A DNA stretch of 64,000 bases from a bacterium (GTDB lineage: Bacteria > UBA10199 > JACPAL01 > GCA-016699445), in assembly GCA_035454885.1 (NCBI GenBank), contig DATIGE010000004.1, positions 67,096 through 131,095 of the forward strand, given 5' to 3'. The notes beneath the pieces were generated by a model. That model saw only the letters and a list, made by a program, of their open reading frames with translations. It was not told the DNA's origin and searched no databases. Position numbers and translations under genes: made by a program. Numbering within the stretch: position 1 is the stretch's first letter; the number at the start of each line of letters is the position of its first letter. This document shows, piece by piece, positions 33,142 through 43,709 of the stretch.

Positions 33142-33794
33142 AATTCGGAATCCTCGTCTTCCCCGGCTCGAATTGCGACTGGGACTCCTACCATGCCGTC
33201 ACGAAGGTGATGGGGCAGAAGGCCCACTTCGTCTGGCACAAGGAGACCAAGTTGCCCAAGGCCGATTGCGTCATCGTCCCCGGCGGATTCTCCTACGGGG
33301 ATTACCTTCGCACGGGCGCGATTGCCCGCTTTTCGCCCGTCATGGGCGAGGTGGTGAAGTTCGCGAAGGCCGGCGGAAAGGTCCTCGGCATCTGCAACGG
33401 GTTTCAGATCCTCACGGAGGCGGGGCTGCTCCCGGGGGTTCTGATGAGGAACCGGGATTTGAAGTTCCTCTGCGAAACCGTCGGTCTCGAAGTGGCGAAC
33501 CCCCGGACCGCCTTTACGGCCCGGTATGAGAAAGGCGAACGCGTGCGGATTCCCATCGCGCACGGGGACGGCAATTATTTCGCCGATGAAGAGACGCTGA
33601 ACCGTTTGGAAGGCGAGGGACGGGTCGTTTTTCGCTACGCCCCCGTCAACCCGAACGGCTCGCAGCGCGGCATCGCCGGCATCGTCAACGAGAAGGGCAA
33701 CGTCTTGGGGATGATGCCGCACCCCGAGCGATGCGCGGAGGCGGCCCTGGGCAACGAGGACGGCAGGAAATTATTTGAATCGTTACTGACATGA
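33138..33794 (+). CDS. purQ: Phosphoribosylformylglycinamidine synthase subunit PurQ (glutaminase)
   Basis: It has a class-I glutamine amidotransferase fold with the catalytic Cys (GICNGFQ) and HPE. Confidence 0.9.
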   Translation: MKFGILVFPGSNCDWDSYHAVTKVMGQKAHFVWHKETKLPKADCVIVPGGFSYGDYLRTGAIARFSPVMGEVVKFAKAGGKVLGICNGFQILTEAGLLPGVLMRNRDLKFLCETVGLEVANPRTAFTARYEKGERVRIPIAHGDGNYFADEETLNRLEGEGRVVFRYAPVNPNGSQRGIAGIVNEKGNVLGMMPHPERCAEAALGNEDGRKLFESLLT

Positions 33795-36043
33795 TCAACG
33801 CGGATGTCATCGGACAGCACGGGCTCACCCCCGGCGAATACGGCCACATTCTGAAAATCCTGGGCCGCGAGCCCACGATGGTGGAGCTCGGGATCTTTTC
33901 GGTCATGTGGAGCGAGCATTGTTCCTACAAGAGTTCCAAGATTTATCTGAAAAAGCTTCCGACCAAGGGCCGGCAGGTCATTTGCGGGCCCGGTGAGAAC
34001 GCCGGCATCGTCGACATCGGCGACGGGCTGGCCGTCATCTTCAAGATGGAGTCGCACAACCATCCGTCGATGATCGAGCCCTATCAGGGCGCGACGACGG
34101 GCGTGGGAGGCATCCTGCGGGACATCTTCACGATGGGGGCCCGTCCGATCGCCCTCCTCAATTCGCTCCGGTTCGGGAATCCGCAACATCCGGGGATGAG
34201 GCACGTCATCGACGGGGTCGTGGGCGGCATCGCCGGTTACGGCAACTGCATGGGGATCCCGACGGTCGGCGGCGAGGTCTATTTCGACGACTGCTACAAC
34301 GGCAATGTGCTCGTGAACGCCATGTGCGTCGGCGTGGTCCGCCAGGACCGCATCTTTTACGCCAAGGCGGCGGGAGTCGGGAATCCCGTCATCTACGTGG
34401 GCTCCAAGACGGGGCGGGACGGCATCCACGGCGCCACGATGGCCTCCGACGTGTTTGAAGAGGGTTCCGAACAGAAGAGGCCGCAGGTGCAGGTCGGCGA
34501 TCCGTTCACGGAAAAACTCCTGATGGAAGCCTGTCTCGAGCTTTTTCACGGCAAGGATTGCGTCGGAATCCAGGACATGGGCGCGGCGGGCTTGACCTGC
34601 TCCTCCCTCGAAATGGCGGGGAAGGGGGGCGTCGGGATCGACTTGGACCTGGCGACGGTCCCTCAACGCGAGCAGGGCATGACGTCCTACGAAATCATGC
34701 TCTCGGAGTCCCAGGAACGGATGTTGCTCGTGGGCAAAAAGGGGTCGGAGAAGAGGATTCTGAAGCTGTTCGACAAGTGGGACCTGGATGCCGCGGTCGT
34801 CGGCCGGGTCGTCAAGGGCGACCGGGTCAAGGTCCTCAAGGAGGGAGGACTCGAGGGGACCATCCCCACGGGGCCGATCACGGACGAGGCGCCGGTGTAC
34901 AAGAGGCCGGTCAAGAAGCCGGCCTATTTGGGGCGGGTGCGCGAGGAATTCGCGGAAATTGTAGGGGCGAACCTCGTGTTCGCCCGGTCCGATGGCAGCG
35001 AAACGTTAAAGAAGTTGTTAGGTTCCCCCACCATCGCCAGCAAGAAATGGGTCTACCGCCAGTATGACCACATGGTCGGCGCGAACACGATCGTCCTGCC
35101 GGGCTCGGATGCCGCCGTCGTCCGGATCAAGGAGCCGCATACCGAAGGCAAGCTGACGAAGAAGGGCCTGGCCATGACCTCCGACTGCAACAGCCGTTAT
35201 GTCTACCTGAATCCCCGGCGGGGGGCGGCGATCGCCGTCGCCGAGGCGGCGCGGAACATCGCGTGCTCGGGCGGCCGCCCTTTGGCGGTGACGGATTGCC
35301 TGAACTTCGCGAGTCCCGAAGACCCCGAAATCATGTGGCAGTTCCGGGAGGCCCTAAACGGGATGGGAGAGGCCTGCAGGGTCTTGGGCACGCCGATCAT
35401 CTCGGGAAACGTCAGCTTTTATAATCAATCCCCGGACGGGGCGGTTTTTCCGACGCCGACGATCGGCATGATCGGGCTATTGGACGACGTCTCCACGCAC
35501 TGCACCCAATGGTTCAAGGAGGAAGGGGACGTGATCGTCTTGCTGGGCCCGTCCGCCGCGTCCGAAAGGGATCTGGGAGGATCCGAGTATTTGAAGCTGA
35601 CGACCGGCAAGATTTGCGGGGACGCGCCGGCCTTGAATCTCAAGAAAGAGAAGGCGGTCCAGGACCTCTGCCTGGCGGGGATCAAGAAGGGCTGGATTCG
35701 TTCGGCCCACGATTGTTCGGAAGGCGGGATCGCCGTCGCCCTGGCCGAATGCTGTTTCACAGGACCCGGTCTCCTGGGGGCCTCCATTGCCATCTCAGGG
35801 GACGGGGCCGTTGGATTGTTCGCCGAAACCCAATCCCGCATCCTTGTCAGCATCCGGGAATCCGATTTGCAGTCCCTCCTCAAAGCCGCTAGACTGAAAA
35901 ATGTCCCGGTAAAACAGATCGGAAGCGTTACCGGAAAGCATTTAAATATCAAAGACTTGATTAATGTTCCCGTGAAAGAACTTGAATCGGTCTGGGCATC
36001 GGGTTTTGAGAGGAGTGTGTTCGGGGAATGTGCGGCATCGTAG
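33791..36043 (+). CDS. purL: Phosphoribosylformylglycinamidine synthase subunit PurL
   Basis: It contains the AIR-synthase-related duplicated domains typical of small PurL, with the [10 protein letters not shown] motif. Confidence 0.9.
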   Translation: MINADVIGQHGLTPGEYGHILKILGREPTMVELGIFSVMWSEHCSYKSSKIYLKKLPTKGRQVICGPGENAGIVDIGDGLAVIFKMESHNHPSMIEPYQGATTGVGGILRDIFTMGARPIALLNSLRFGNPQHPGMRHVIDGVVGGIAGYGNCMGIPTVGGEVYFDDCYNGNVLVNAMCVGVVRQDRIFYAKAAGVGNPVIYVGSKTGRDGIHGATMASDVFEEGSEQKRPQVQVGDPFTEKLLMEACLELFHGKDCVGIQDMGAAGLTCSSLEMAGKGGVGIDLDLATVPQREQGMTSYEIMLSESQERMLLVGKKGSEKRILKLFDKWDLDAAVVGRVVKGDRVKVLKEGGLEGTIPTGPITDEAPVYKRPVKKPAYLGRVREEFAEIVGANLVFARSDGSETLKKLLGSPTIASKKWVYRQYDHMVGANTIVLPGSDAAVVRIKEPHTEGKLTKKGLAMTSDCNSRYVYLNPRRGAAIAVAEAARNIACSGGRPLAVTDCLNFASPEDPEIMWQFREALNGMGEACRVLGTPIISGNVSFYNQSPDGAVFPTPTIGMIGLLDDVSTHCTQWFKEEGDVIVLLGPSAASERDLGGSEYLKLTTGKICGDAPALNLKKEKAVQDLCLAGIKKGWIRSAHDCSEGGIAVALAECCFTGPGLLGASIAISGDGAVGLFAETQSRILVSIRESDLQSLLKAARLKNVPVKQIGSVTGKHLNIKDLINVPVKELESVWASGFERSVFGECAAS

Positions 36044-37404
36044 GCATTTTTAACCATCCGGAGGCCGCGAACCTCGCGTATTTGGGGCTCTACGCCCTCC
36101 AGCACCGGGGGCAGGAGAGCGCGGGCATCGTCTCCTCCGACGGCAAGGCCCTGCACAGCCACCGCGACATGGGGCACGTCGCGGAGATCTTCAACGAGAC
36201 CAATCTCCAAAAACTCCCCGGATCCCGGGCCATCGGCCACGTGCGGTATTCGACGGCCGGCGAGAGCGCCCTCAAGAACTGCCAGCCGATCGCCGTGGAT
36301 TATTCCCGGGGTGGGTTGGCGGTGGCCCACAACGGGAACCTCGTCAACGCCCAGAAAATCCGCGCCGAGCTCGAGGCCCACGGGTCGATCTTCCAGTCCA
36401 CGATGGACACGGAGGTCATCATCCACCTCATTGCGCAGTCGACCAAGAGCTCTCTCGTCGAGAGGATCATCGACGCCCTGAAACAGGTGAAGGGGGCCTA
36501 TTCGCTCGTCTTTCTGACCGAGACCCGCATGATCGCCGCGCGCGATCCCTTCGGTTGGAGGCCGCTCGTCGTTGGCCGCAAGGGCGATGCCTGGGTCGTG
36601 GCGAGCGAGACCTGTGCGCTGGACTTGATCGAGGCGGATTTTGTGCGCGAGATGGACCCCGGCGAGGTCCTGGTGTTTGACAAGGACGGCATGCATTCCG
36701 AAAAGCCGTTCGGCGTCCCTCACAAGAAGGCGATGTGCATCTTCGAGTTCATCTACTTCGCCAGGCCGGACAGCCACATTTTTGGCCGGGACGTCTACCT
36801 CATGCGGAAGGGTTTCGGGCAGCAGCTCGCTCGGGAGCACAGGATCGAGGGAGACATCGTGATCCCCATCCCGGACAGCGGCGTGCCGGCGGCCCTGGGT
36901 TACGCGGAGGAGTCCGGCATCCCGTTTCAGTTGGGCCTGATCCGGAACCACTACGTGGGCCGGACGTTCATCGAGCCCAAAGATTCGATCCGGCACTTCG
37001 GGGTGAAGATCAAATTGAATCCGGTGCGCGAGCTGATCAAGGACAAGAGGGTGATCGTCGTCGATGACTCGATCGTGAGGGGCACGACCTCCAAGAAGAT
37101 CGTGAAGATGATCCGGGACGCGGGGGCGAAGGAGGTCCACATGCTCATTTCCTCGCCGCCCACGACGGACCCCTGCTTCTACGGCATCGACACGCCGAGC
37201 CGCGGGGAGCTGATCGCCTCGTCGCACTCGGTCGAAGAGATCCGCAAATACATCGGGGCTGATACATTGGGCTATCTTTCGACGAAGGGGCTCTACTGGT
37301 TCGAGAAGAATCCCGGTGAATGGTTTTGCGACGCGTGCTTTACGGGGAACTACCCGGTTCCCGTGGAGGAAAGCTCAAGCAAACTCAAGCTGGCATCGAG
37401 ATAG
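36028..37404 (+). CDS. purF: Amidophosphoribosyltransferase
   Basis: The N-terminus MCGIVGI (Ntn Cys) and the PRTase domain are present. The start overlaps purL by 16 nt. Confidence 0.9.
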   Translation: MCGIVGIFNHPEAANLAYLGLYALQHRGQESAGIVSSDGKALHSHRDMGHVAEIFNETNLQKLPGSRAIGHVRYSTAGESALKNCQPIAVDYSRGGLAVAHNGNLVNAQKIRAELEAHGSIFQSTMDTEVIIHLIAQSTKSSLVERIIDALKQVKGAYSLVFLTETRMIAARDPFGWRPLVVGRKGDAWVVASETCALDLIEADFVREMDPGEVLVFDKDGMHSEKPFGVPHKKAMCIFEFIYFARPDSHIFGRDVYLMRKGFGQQLAREHRIEGDIVIPIPDSGVPAALGYAEESGIPFQLGLIRNHYVGRTFIEPKDSIRHFGVKIKLNPVRELIKDKRVIVVDDSIVRGTTSKKIVKMIRDAGAKEVHMLISSPPTTDPCFYGIDTPSRGELIASSHSVEEIRKYIGADTLGYLSTKGLYWFEKNPGEWFCDACFTGNYPVPVEESSSKLKLASR

Positions 37405-37407
37405 GGC

Positions 37408-38946
37408 TCACTTCTTCTCCGGCATCTTGAAACAATAATGCTCCCAAAGACTGATCTTCTCGGGCTCGGCCTCCCGTTCGGGGAGCGTATCTTCCTTCAT
37501 GTAGTAGATCGTGAAGTGGTCCAGCTTTTCGCCTGCCCTGTGGCTGTCGTTCCATGACCGGCAAAGGTACTTTCCGTAGAACTCCCGGAAGTTTGCAAAA
37601 TCCCGGCTCCAGAGGTTCATCATGTATTTCTGCCAGCGCTGGTTCTTGTAGGTGTAGGCGACGTACTTGGGCTTTTCCCAGGAGACCGGACCGCCGCCCC
37701 GGAAGACGTCGATCTCCGTCCCATCCACGAGCGTGCCCGGGATCACGTACCAGCCGTCGTCCTTGAGCGGATAGGGCGCGAACATGTTCCATTGCTGGTC
37801 GATCCGGAGGGCCGAGCCGATCCATTTGAGCCGACCGGGCACGTCGATCTTTTTCTTCAGAAAGGACGCGGGAAGGGTGCCCAAATTCCAAAGGAGGACG
37901 TAGGCGAGAAAGAAGGCGGCGGTCAGATTGAGCCAGCGGGGCGTCGCGACGGAGGGCGGTTTGGGCGGCAGGCGGCGCTGCAGCGGCTCGAAAAAGGCCC
38001 GTGTGCGCATCCATTCGGCCGCACGAAGACCCCATCCGCTAAAGGCTTTGAAGGTGCGTGGCAGTTTGTCCCAAAAGACCGAAGGGATCATCGGAAAGGT
38101 CGCGCAAAAACAGATCCACGGAAAGATGTAGACCCGGATCGCAGAGCCGAACCCCATCTGCATCCCAAAGAGAAGGAGGATGGCGGCGAGGCGGAAAAAG
38201 CCCGTCCAAACCGGGATGAAGAAAAGGAGCGGCCCGAAGATCTCGATCTTGATGGTGAGGTAGGTCAGGGCCTTCATGAGACCGGGGTGGCCGAGGAGCC
38301 AATGGCCGAGGGGGGTGGTGAGCTGGTCGATGCTCATGGCGTAGTAGACGGCCGTGTAGGTCTTCGTCCATTCGGGACCCGTCTTAAGGATGCCGGCGAA
38401 GAAATAGAGAAGAAACGCCTGAAAGAGGACTCCCGCCGTCGCCCAAGTGAGGACCATCTTCGGGTCCGTTTCTTCGGAGACGCGTGCCAGGCGGCGGTCC
38501 ATCGAGCACCGGGCTCCGAGAGGAAGGAACATCGCCCAAAAGAGGATCATCCGAAACAGGATGTCGCCGCCCTGGAGGACCAAGGGATTCCGGTTCTGGA
38601 GCGAGACCAAGAGGAGCCAAGACCCGACGGTCATGAAGCGCGTCCGGTACCCGAGGAGCAGGCCGAGGGCGAAAAGCGCCGCGACGAGAAAGAGGAAGGC
38701 CTGCCACTGCCAGGTCCCGTTCATGAAATGGAAGGAGAAGCACGAGGGGTGCAGAAAGAGATCGAGCAACGCTCCGCGGGGCATGAGGCCCCAGTCGGTG
38801 TAGTGGGCCCTCAAATCTCGGGCCCGGTCGGCGAGGTCGAAAAAAATGAGGACCGCCAGCCCGATCCGGAATGCGGCGAGAGAGCGCAGGTCGCTGCCGA
38901 ATATGTGAGTCAGCTTGTCCCTGAGCCGCGCGCGGAAGTCCCCCAT
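37408..38946 (-). CDS. HTTM-domain (vitamin K-dependent gamma-carboxylase-like) polytopic membrane protein with ~170-aa C-terminal soluble domain
   Basis: The N-terminus DLRSLAAFRIGLAVLIFFDL is characteristic of HTTM, with ~8 TM segments. The C-terminal domain contains QQWNMFAPYP...DGWYVIPG. It is the last gene of the ECF operon. Confidence 0.65.
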   Translation of the reverse strand: MGDFRARLRDKLTHIFGSDLRSLAAFRIGLAVLIFFDLADRARDLRAHYTDWGLMPRGALLDLFLHPSCFSFHFMNGTWQWQAFLFLVAALFALGLLLGYRTRFMTVGSWLLLVSLQNRNPLVLQGGDILFRMILFWAMFLPLGARCSMDRRLARVSEETDPKMVLTWATAGVLFQAFLLYFFAGILKTGPEWTKTYTAVYYAMSIDQLTTPLGHWLLGHPGLMKALTYLTIKIEIFGPLLFFIPVWTGFFRLAAILLLFGMQMGFGSAIRVYIFPWICFCATFPMIPSVFWDKLPRTFKAFSGWGLRAAEWMRTRAFFEPLQRRLPPKPPSVATPRWLNLTAAFFLAYVLLWNLGTLPASFLKKKIDVPGRLKWIGSALRIDQQWNMFAPYPLKDDGWYVIPGTLVDGTEIDVFRGGGPVSWEKPKYVAYTYKNQRWQKYMMNLWSRDFANFREFYGKYLCRSWNDSHRAGEKLDHFTIYYMKEDTLPEREAEPEKISLWEHYCFKMPEKK

Positions 38947-38958
38947 CGGACGGCTAAC

Positions 38959-40500
38959 TTAACGTATGGCGGCGTCGCGCGCCACAAAAGCTTCGAACAG
39001 GGTGCCTTCTTCCAGGACGGCGTCGCGGCCCTTGAAGAGGGGGTAGAAGGGCAGGAAGAAAAAGGCCGTGATCGCCGATGCGACGTCGGTCTCGGTCTCC
39101 GAGCCGGTGGGCGTCAGAGAGCCGGAGGGATTCCGCGAAATCATGCCCTCGAGCGGGATCCACTGGCCGTCCACCGCGCGGACGTAGCCCAGCCGGCAGA
39201 CGAGCTCTCCGTGGACGATCCCGCGTTTTCGGCGGAGCGCCAGGATTTCGCCTCGTGCGGGCGCCCCCGCCTCAATGACGAGCCGGTTGTTCACGTACAC
39301 GTCTTCCGCGGATTCCAGGCGGACCTGGTCTCCGGCCTGGTTGTCCTTGCTCGTGATCCTCTCCGAGAGGCGCAGACGGACCATCTCGCCCTCGCGCAGG
39401 GTCACGGCCGCGGCCTTTCCGTCGGCCAGAGGCGAGTGGATCCGACGCGACGGACTGATGCGCACCCGTTGGGCCTCGTCCGACCGGAAGTAATAGAGAC
39501 CCCCCAGGTCCGCGTCGATCGATTGCTCCTGGGAGAAGCCGCCGGAATCCTTGCGGAGGCTCAGGTCCCCGGGAGGCAGGGCGACGTAGCGGGGGGCGCC
39601 GGGTTTTTTGGGGATTTCCGCGGCGAGAGCCCCCGATTTTCGCTCGTAGACCAGAAACGTTCCCTCCTCCGCGGGTGGGAGATAGAGCAGGGGAGCGCCG
39701 GCCATGAGTTCGGTCATGTAAACCTCCCCCGTTCCGGAAAGGTTGAATTCGTAGGTGGGATGCTGGCGCTTCTGAACGGCGCTGGCCTTCAGCGACGTGT
39801 ACTGGCTTGCGAAGGAGAGGGCCTCGTTCAAGGAGACACGGCCGTCGAGGTCAAAGTCCGCCGCGCCCCTGAGGCCCGAAATGAACGTGTGCGTAAAGAG
39901 CGATCCCTGGAACTCGGAGGACTCGATCGAGTCCTCGATCGGCATGCTGGACGTGATGAAGACCTCGCCCTTGGGGAGCTGCGGCTGGTCGGACGGGATG
40001 GAGAACGGAGGGATCGGTACGCCGCCCTTGGTTTGGATCATCCGGCCGCTCTGGCAGGTGTCGAGGATGACGATTCGGGTCGTCGCCGGTATTTTTTTCA
40101 GCTCGTCGTAGAGGTCCTGAAAGTCGAGCGTCGAGGGCCCCAGTTCCAGGAGATTTCCTTCGGAGTGGCCGGAATAATAGAAGAGGAAAAGCACCTGATC
40201 CTGTGGGGTCCGGGAGAGGCGGGACGCCTTGGCCGCGAGCGCCCGGGCCTTTTCCAGGACCGTGCCGGGATTCTTGTCCAGAAGAAGGGTGACGTCGGCG
40301 TCCGCGAACCCGCCGATCTGCGTCAAGGTTCTGGAGAGGTTCTTGGCGTCCTGTTCGGCATAACGCAGGAACGGTTTTGTGTCGCTTCCCTCGTTGTTTC
40401 CGACGATGAGGGCGATCCGATGGATGGCCGCACCCGCCGGAAGCGAAACCAAGAGAAAAAGAGCGAGGAAGACCGCGCGGAAGATGGGCGTGACGTTCAC
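38959..40500 (-). CDS. Secreted caspase-family (peptidase C14) protein with C-terminal uncharacterised domain
   Basis: It has a signal peptide (MNVTPIFRAVFLALFLLVSLPAGAA). The caspase His/Cys dyad context is present (LFLFYYSGHSEGN and IVILDTCQSG). The GTG start overlaps the anti-sigma stop (GTGA). Confidence 0.7.
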   Translation of the reverse strand: MNVTPIFRAVFLALFLLVSLPAGAAIHRIALIVGNNEGSDTKPFLRYAEQDAKNLSRTLTQIGGFADADVTLLLDKNPGTVLEKARALAAKASRLSRTPQDQVLFLFYYSGHSEGNLLELGPSTLDFQDLYDELKKIPATTRIVILDTCQSGRMIQTKGGVPIPPFSIPSDQPQLPKGEVFITSSMPIEDSIESSEFQGSLFTHTFISGLRGAADFDLDGRVSLNEALSFASQYTSLKASAVQKRQHPTYEFNLSGTGEVYMTELMAGAPLLYLPPAEEGTFLVYERKSGALAAEIPKKPGAPRYVALPPGDLSLRKDSGGFSQEQSIDADLGGLYYFRSDEAQRVRISPSRRIHSPLADGKAAAVTLREGEMVRLRLSERITSKDNQAGDQVRLESAEDVYVNNRLVIEAGAPARGEILALRRKRGIVHGELVCRLGYVRAVDGQWIPLEGMISRNPSGSLTPTGSETETDVASAITAFFFLPFYPLFKGRDAVLEEGTLFEAFVARDAAIR

Positions 40501-41246
40501 TTCCTGTATAAAATCACAGAGGCCTGGGCGTAGGGAAGAGGAAGCTTGGCGGATTTCTCAATCGCAATTCCTTCCAAGGCCTTTTGGATCTCCTCCAGCT
40601 TGACGGGGGTCTTCGAGAAGACGCCGTAAAAACGCTCGTAACCGGTCTTGGGTTGCCAGCGAAGCCCCTGCGGCAGTTTCTTTTGGCTCCCCGATGCGAC
40701 GGAGGCGCTCTCGGTTCCCGAGGACGGGTAGTAGACGGACAAGGACCGGTCGGCCTCGACGCCGATCAAAATCAGATAAGGATCTCCAGCGGAGTAGACG
40801 AATTGGAGCGCCGTCCCAGCGGGGACGGCCATGCCGCTTTTCCCCCGCTCGGCCTCGCCCCCCGTCGCGGAGGCGACATAGAAGCCCAGGTCCACGCCCC
40901 CCTTCGACAGGATCTCGGGATTCGGCGCTGGCGGGGTGGGGCGGTGGTAGACCAGGAACATGATCGCCGCGACGCTCGCCATGGCGGCCGCGGCCCGGAG
41001 GGCGCCCGAGGAGCGGATCTGGTCCCAAAAGCGCCCAAACGCCGAAGGGCGCTTTTCTCTCCTCTTCTCCAAGCCTTCCCAAAAGGAGGAAAAGGGGTGT
41101 TTGATCAAGAACGCCTTCCGGTCCGCCTCAAGTTCCCGGATCTGCCCGGCGCAAGACGGGCAGGCGCGGACGTGGCCGTCCCACTTCCCGTTTCCTTCCA
41201 GGAAGGCGTTGACCAAGTCCAGCGGTCTGGGGCAATCGTCCTTCAT
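40497..41246 (-). CDS. Anti-sigma factor, zinc-binding (H-x3-C-x2-C) with single TM and periplasmic domain
   Basis: It has the ZAS-like motif HVRACPSCAG near the N-terminus and a TM helix AAAAMASVAAIMFLVY. It is translationally coupled to the ECF sigma gene (ATGA overlap). Confidence 0.65.
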   Translation of the reverse strand: MKDDCPRPLDLVNAFLEGNGKWDGHVRACPSCAGQIRELEADRKAFLIKHPFSSFWEGLEKRREKRPSAFGRFWDQIRSSGALRAAAAMASVAAIMFLVYHRPTPPAPNPEILSKGGVDLGFYVASATGGEAERGKSGMAVPAGTALQFVYSAGDPYLILIGVEADRSLSVYYPSSGTESASVASGSQKKLPQGLRWQPKTGYERFYGVFSKTPVKLEEIQKALEGIAIEKSAKLPLPYAQASVILYRK

Positions 41247-41731
41247 AGTCTGTTCCTGGCCTTGTCCATGAACTTCTTAAGCCTTTTATAGACCGTTTTT
41301 CGGGAAATTCCCAGTGCCTCAACGATCTCTTCCTGCGTCATTTCATCGAAGTAATAGCAAAAAATGATGCGCTGCGTGGTTTCATCCTCGCCTTCCATGA
41401 TTTTGACAAACCAGTCCTTGTTGACGAGTACTTCCGCGCCGTTTTCATGGGTTTGCTCCAGGACCAACTGTTCCCGGCCCACGCCCTCCATGGCCTTCCG
41501 CCAGGCCTTCCGGCTCCGAATCATGTTCAAGCAGTGATTGGTAGTGATCCGGTAGAGCCAGGTCCAGGGCGAGGAGTCGCCCCGGAAGTCGGCCTTCGCC
41601 TCCAGCACCTTGAGGAAGACGTCCTGCATGGCCTCATGGGCCGACTGTTCGTCCTTGAGCAAGGAACGCGCGCGGTTGAAGATCCAGCTTCCGTACTGTT
41701 CGTAAAGCGCTTGGATATCGTCCTTGTTCAC
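41243..41731 (-). CDS. ECF-subfamily RNA polymerase sigma factor
   Basis: A 162-aa protein with sigma-70 region 2 (DVFLKVL...WLYRITTNHCLNMIRSR) and region 4 (EMTQEEIVEALGISRKTVYKRL). Confidence 0.8.
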   Translation of the reverse strand: MNKDDIQALYEQYGSWIFNRARSLLKDEQSAHEAMQDVFLKVLEAKADFRGDSSPWTWLYRITTNHCLNMIRSRKAWRKAMEGVGREQLVLEQTHENGAEVLVNKDWFVKIMEGEDETTQRIIFCYYFDEMTQEEIVEALGISRKTVYKRLKKFMDKARNRL

Positions 41732-41842
41732 GAGGGGGGATTTTTAGACACAAGAGAGGGTCTTCACGCAACCGGCGAATCAAAAAATATATTCCGGCGC
41801 AATCTCAAAGGAGGGCGTGTCGAACGGGCGAAGGAGATTTTC

Positions 41843-42472
41843 ATGAAAACATTCATCCGCCTCGCTGTTCTCTTCGCGCTGCCGGCGAGCTTCCTCTTCA
41901 CTTCGGGCGCGAGCTCCAGCTGCGGGTCCCAGTTTGCCAATGCGCTTTTGGACAGCAATGGTTACAGCTACGGCAGCGACACCACGGACAACGGCCAAGA
42001 ATTGGACGTGGAGGACAAGCTTTTGGTGGACGGCTCGGGCGAGCACGTCAATATTGAATACAACACGCTCGTCTTTCCCGCTCAATTGAACTTTGACAAC
42101 GGGCTCTATTTCTTCGCTCCCGACCCGAATGGTGAGATCACCGGCGACAAGATCATCTGCGCGGCCGCGATCGACGAAAACGAAGTGGAAGGGGACTGCT
42201 TCCGCCAGGGGCATGTTTGCCACTTTGACTATTGGTGCGACGGCCCGAACTCCGTGGACGACAAGGATGTCTATTACCTCGGCACTTCGACCTGCCGCCG
42301 GGGTGGAGACGTCGGTCCCTTCTTGGTGCCCCTGGAAAGCCCGATGTGCGGTGAGGACCCTTACCCGGCCTGTCCCTCGAATGACCTTTTCCCCAGCGGG
42401 CCCACAGATGGAACGGTCAATCCGGAGACCCAGCCCACCGAAGATCCGGCCCCCGAGACCCAGCCCTCATAA
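41843..42472 (+). CDS. Secreted acidic cysteine-rich protein (8 Cys), hypothetical
   Basis: It has a signal peptide (MKTFIRLAVLFALPASFLFTSGASS) and an AAGGAG RBS at 41831. It is Asp/Glu-rich and ends in a Pro/Thr/Glu tail. It is divergent from the ECF sigma gene. Confidence 0.6.
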   Translation: MKTFIRLAVLFALPASFLFTSGASSSCGSQFANALLDSNGYSYGSDTTDNGQELDVEDKLLVDGSGEHVNIEYNTLVFPAQLNFDNGLYFFAPDPNGEITGDKIICAAAIDENEVEGDCFRQGHVCHFDYWCDGPNSVDDKDVYYLGTSTCRRGGDVGPFLVPLESPMCGEDPYPACPSNDLFPSGPTDGTVNPETQPTEDPAPETQPS

Positions 42473-42520
42473 TTCTTCGTAATTCTTGCGGCCTGAGGCA
42501 TTCCGGGATATAAGTACCGG

Positions 42521-43696
42521 ATGCCTCAGGCTTTTTTTCAGTTCCACTGCCCCACCAAAATCATCTCGTGCCCCGGTATCGCGCGTGAATTCACGGCGGA
42601 ACTTGAGGCCTTGGGCCTGACCAAGGTCTTGATCGTTACCGACAAGATGTTGGCCGAGCTCAAGGTCATCGATCCGGTTCTGGAAGGACTGAAGAACGCC
42701 GGGGTTCAGATCAAGGGCATCTACAGGGAGGTCCCGCCCAACTCCGAGCTCAAGGCGGTCAAGCGCTGCGCGGACGAGGCGGCGCGACTCGACGTGGATG
42801 GATTCATCGCCATCGGCGGCGGGAGCGTCCTCGACACGGCCAAAGGCGCGGCGATCCTCTTCACCCATGGAGGCGACCTGGTCCGCGATTATTCTGGCGC
42901 CGAAACCCTGCCTGGCCCGCTCAAGCCCCTCGTGGCCATTCCCACGACGGCGGGGACGGGGAGCGAGGTGACCCGCGCGGCGGTCATCCTGGACGAGGAC
43001 ACCCACACGAAACTCTCCTTCGTCGACCGTCATCTGGCGCCGGCCTTGGCCGTCTTGGACGCCGAGTTGACCGTGGGGCTTCCTCCGAAGCTGACGGCGG
43101 CGACGGCCATGGACGCCCTCACGCACGCCATCGAATCCTTCACGAGCATTCAGGCCAATCCGTTCTCAGAGGCCATGGGCGCCAAGGCGATCCCATTGAT
43201 CCGGCAAAACATCCTCAAGGCGGTCCTGCACGGCGAGGACATCGACGCCCGCGGGGATCTCCTCACGGCCGCGACCATGGCGGGCATCGCCTTCGACCAC
43301 GCGATGGTGGGCGTCGTCCACGGCATGGCTCATGCGACCGGAGGCCTCGTGGGGGTCCATCACGGCACGGCCAACAGCATCTTTCTCCCCTGGGGAATGG
43401 AGTACAACCTGTCTGTTTGCGCGGAAAAGTACGCCGAGATCGCGAATCTCCTGGGCGTGAAAACGGCCGGCTTGAGTGTGGAGTCGTCGGCCCGGAAGGG
43501 CATCGAGGCGGTCTTGAGGCTTCGCGAAGAGTTGAGCCAGGCCTGCGGCCTGCCTTATCGTCTGCGGGACGCCGGCGTGACCGAGGATCAATTGGAAGCG
43601 ATCGCCGAAGGCGCGGTCAACGACGGGACGAGCTTTTACAACCCGCGAGAAGTCGTCAAGGAAGACGTCCTCGAGGCCGTGAAAAAGGCCTATTAG
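42521..43696 (+). CDS. Iron-containing alcohol dehydrogenase family protein
   Basis: It has the Fe-ADH motifs GGGSVLDTAK and the His cluster HGMAHATGG...HHGTAN. Confidence 0.8.
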   Translation: MPQAFFQFHCPTKIISCPGIAREFTAELEALGLTKVLIVTDKMLAELKVIDPVLEGLKNAGVQIKGIYREVPPNSELKAVKRCADEAARLDVDGFIAIGGGSVLDTAKGAAILFTHGGDLVRDYSGAETLPGPLKPLVAIPTTAGTGSEVTRAAVILDEDTHTKLSFVDRHLAPALAVLDAELTVGLPPKLTAATAMDALTHAIESFTSIQANPFSEAMGAKAIPLIRQNILKAVLHGEDIDARGDLLTAATMAGIAFDHAMVGVVHGMAHATGGLVGVHHGTANSIFLPWGMEYNLSVCAEKYAEIANLLGVKTAGLSVESSARKGIEAVLRLREELSQACGLPYRLRDAGVTEDQLEAIAEGAVNDGTSFYNPREVVKEDVLEAVKKAY

Positions 43697-43709
43697 ACCA
43701 AAGGAGGCG

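Noticed and set aside
35425-37227. A 600-aa minus-strand ORF antisense to purL/purF. Similar long antisense ORFs occur at 5718-7127, 10058-11449, 13273-15114, 15105-16163, 16251-17453, 17532-18764, 22966-24636, 57546-58793 and 62862-63983.
   Set aside because: All overlap strongly supported housekeeping genes on the other strand, and all have Arg/Gly/Pro-rich compositional bias.
37792-40533. A 913-aa plus-strand ORF spanning the HTTM and caspase genes.
   Set aside because: It is an antisense artefact. The opposite strand encodes two proteins with clear domain signatures and signal/TM features.
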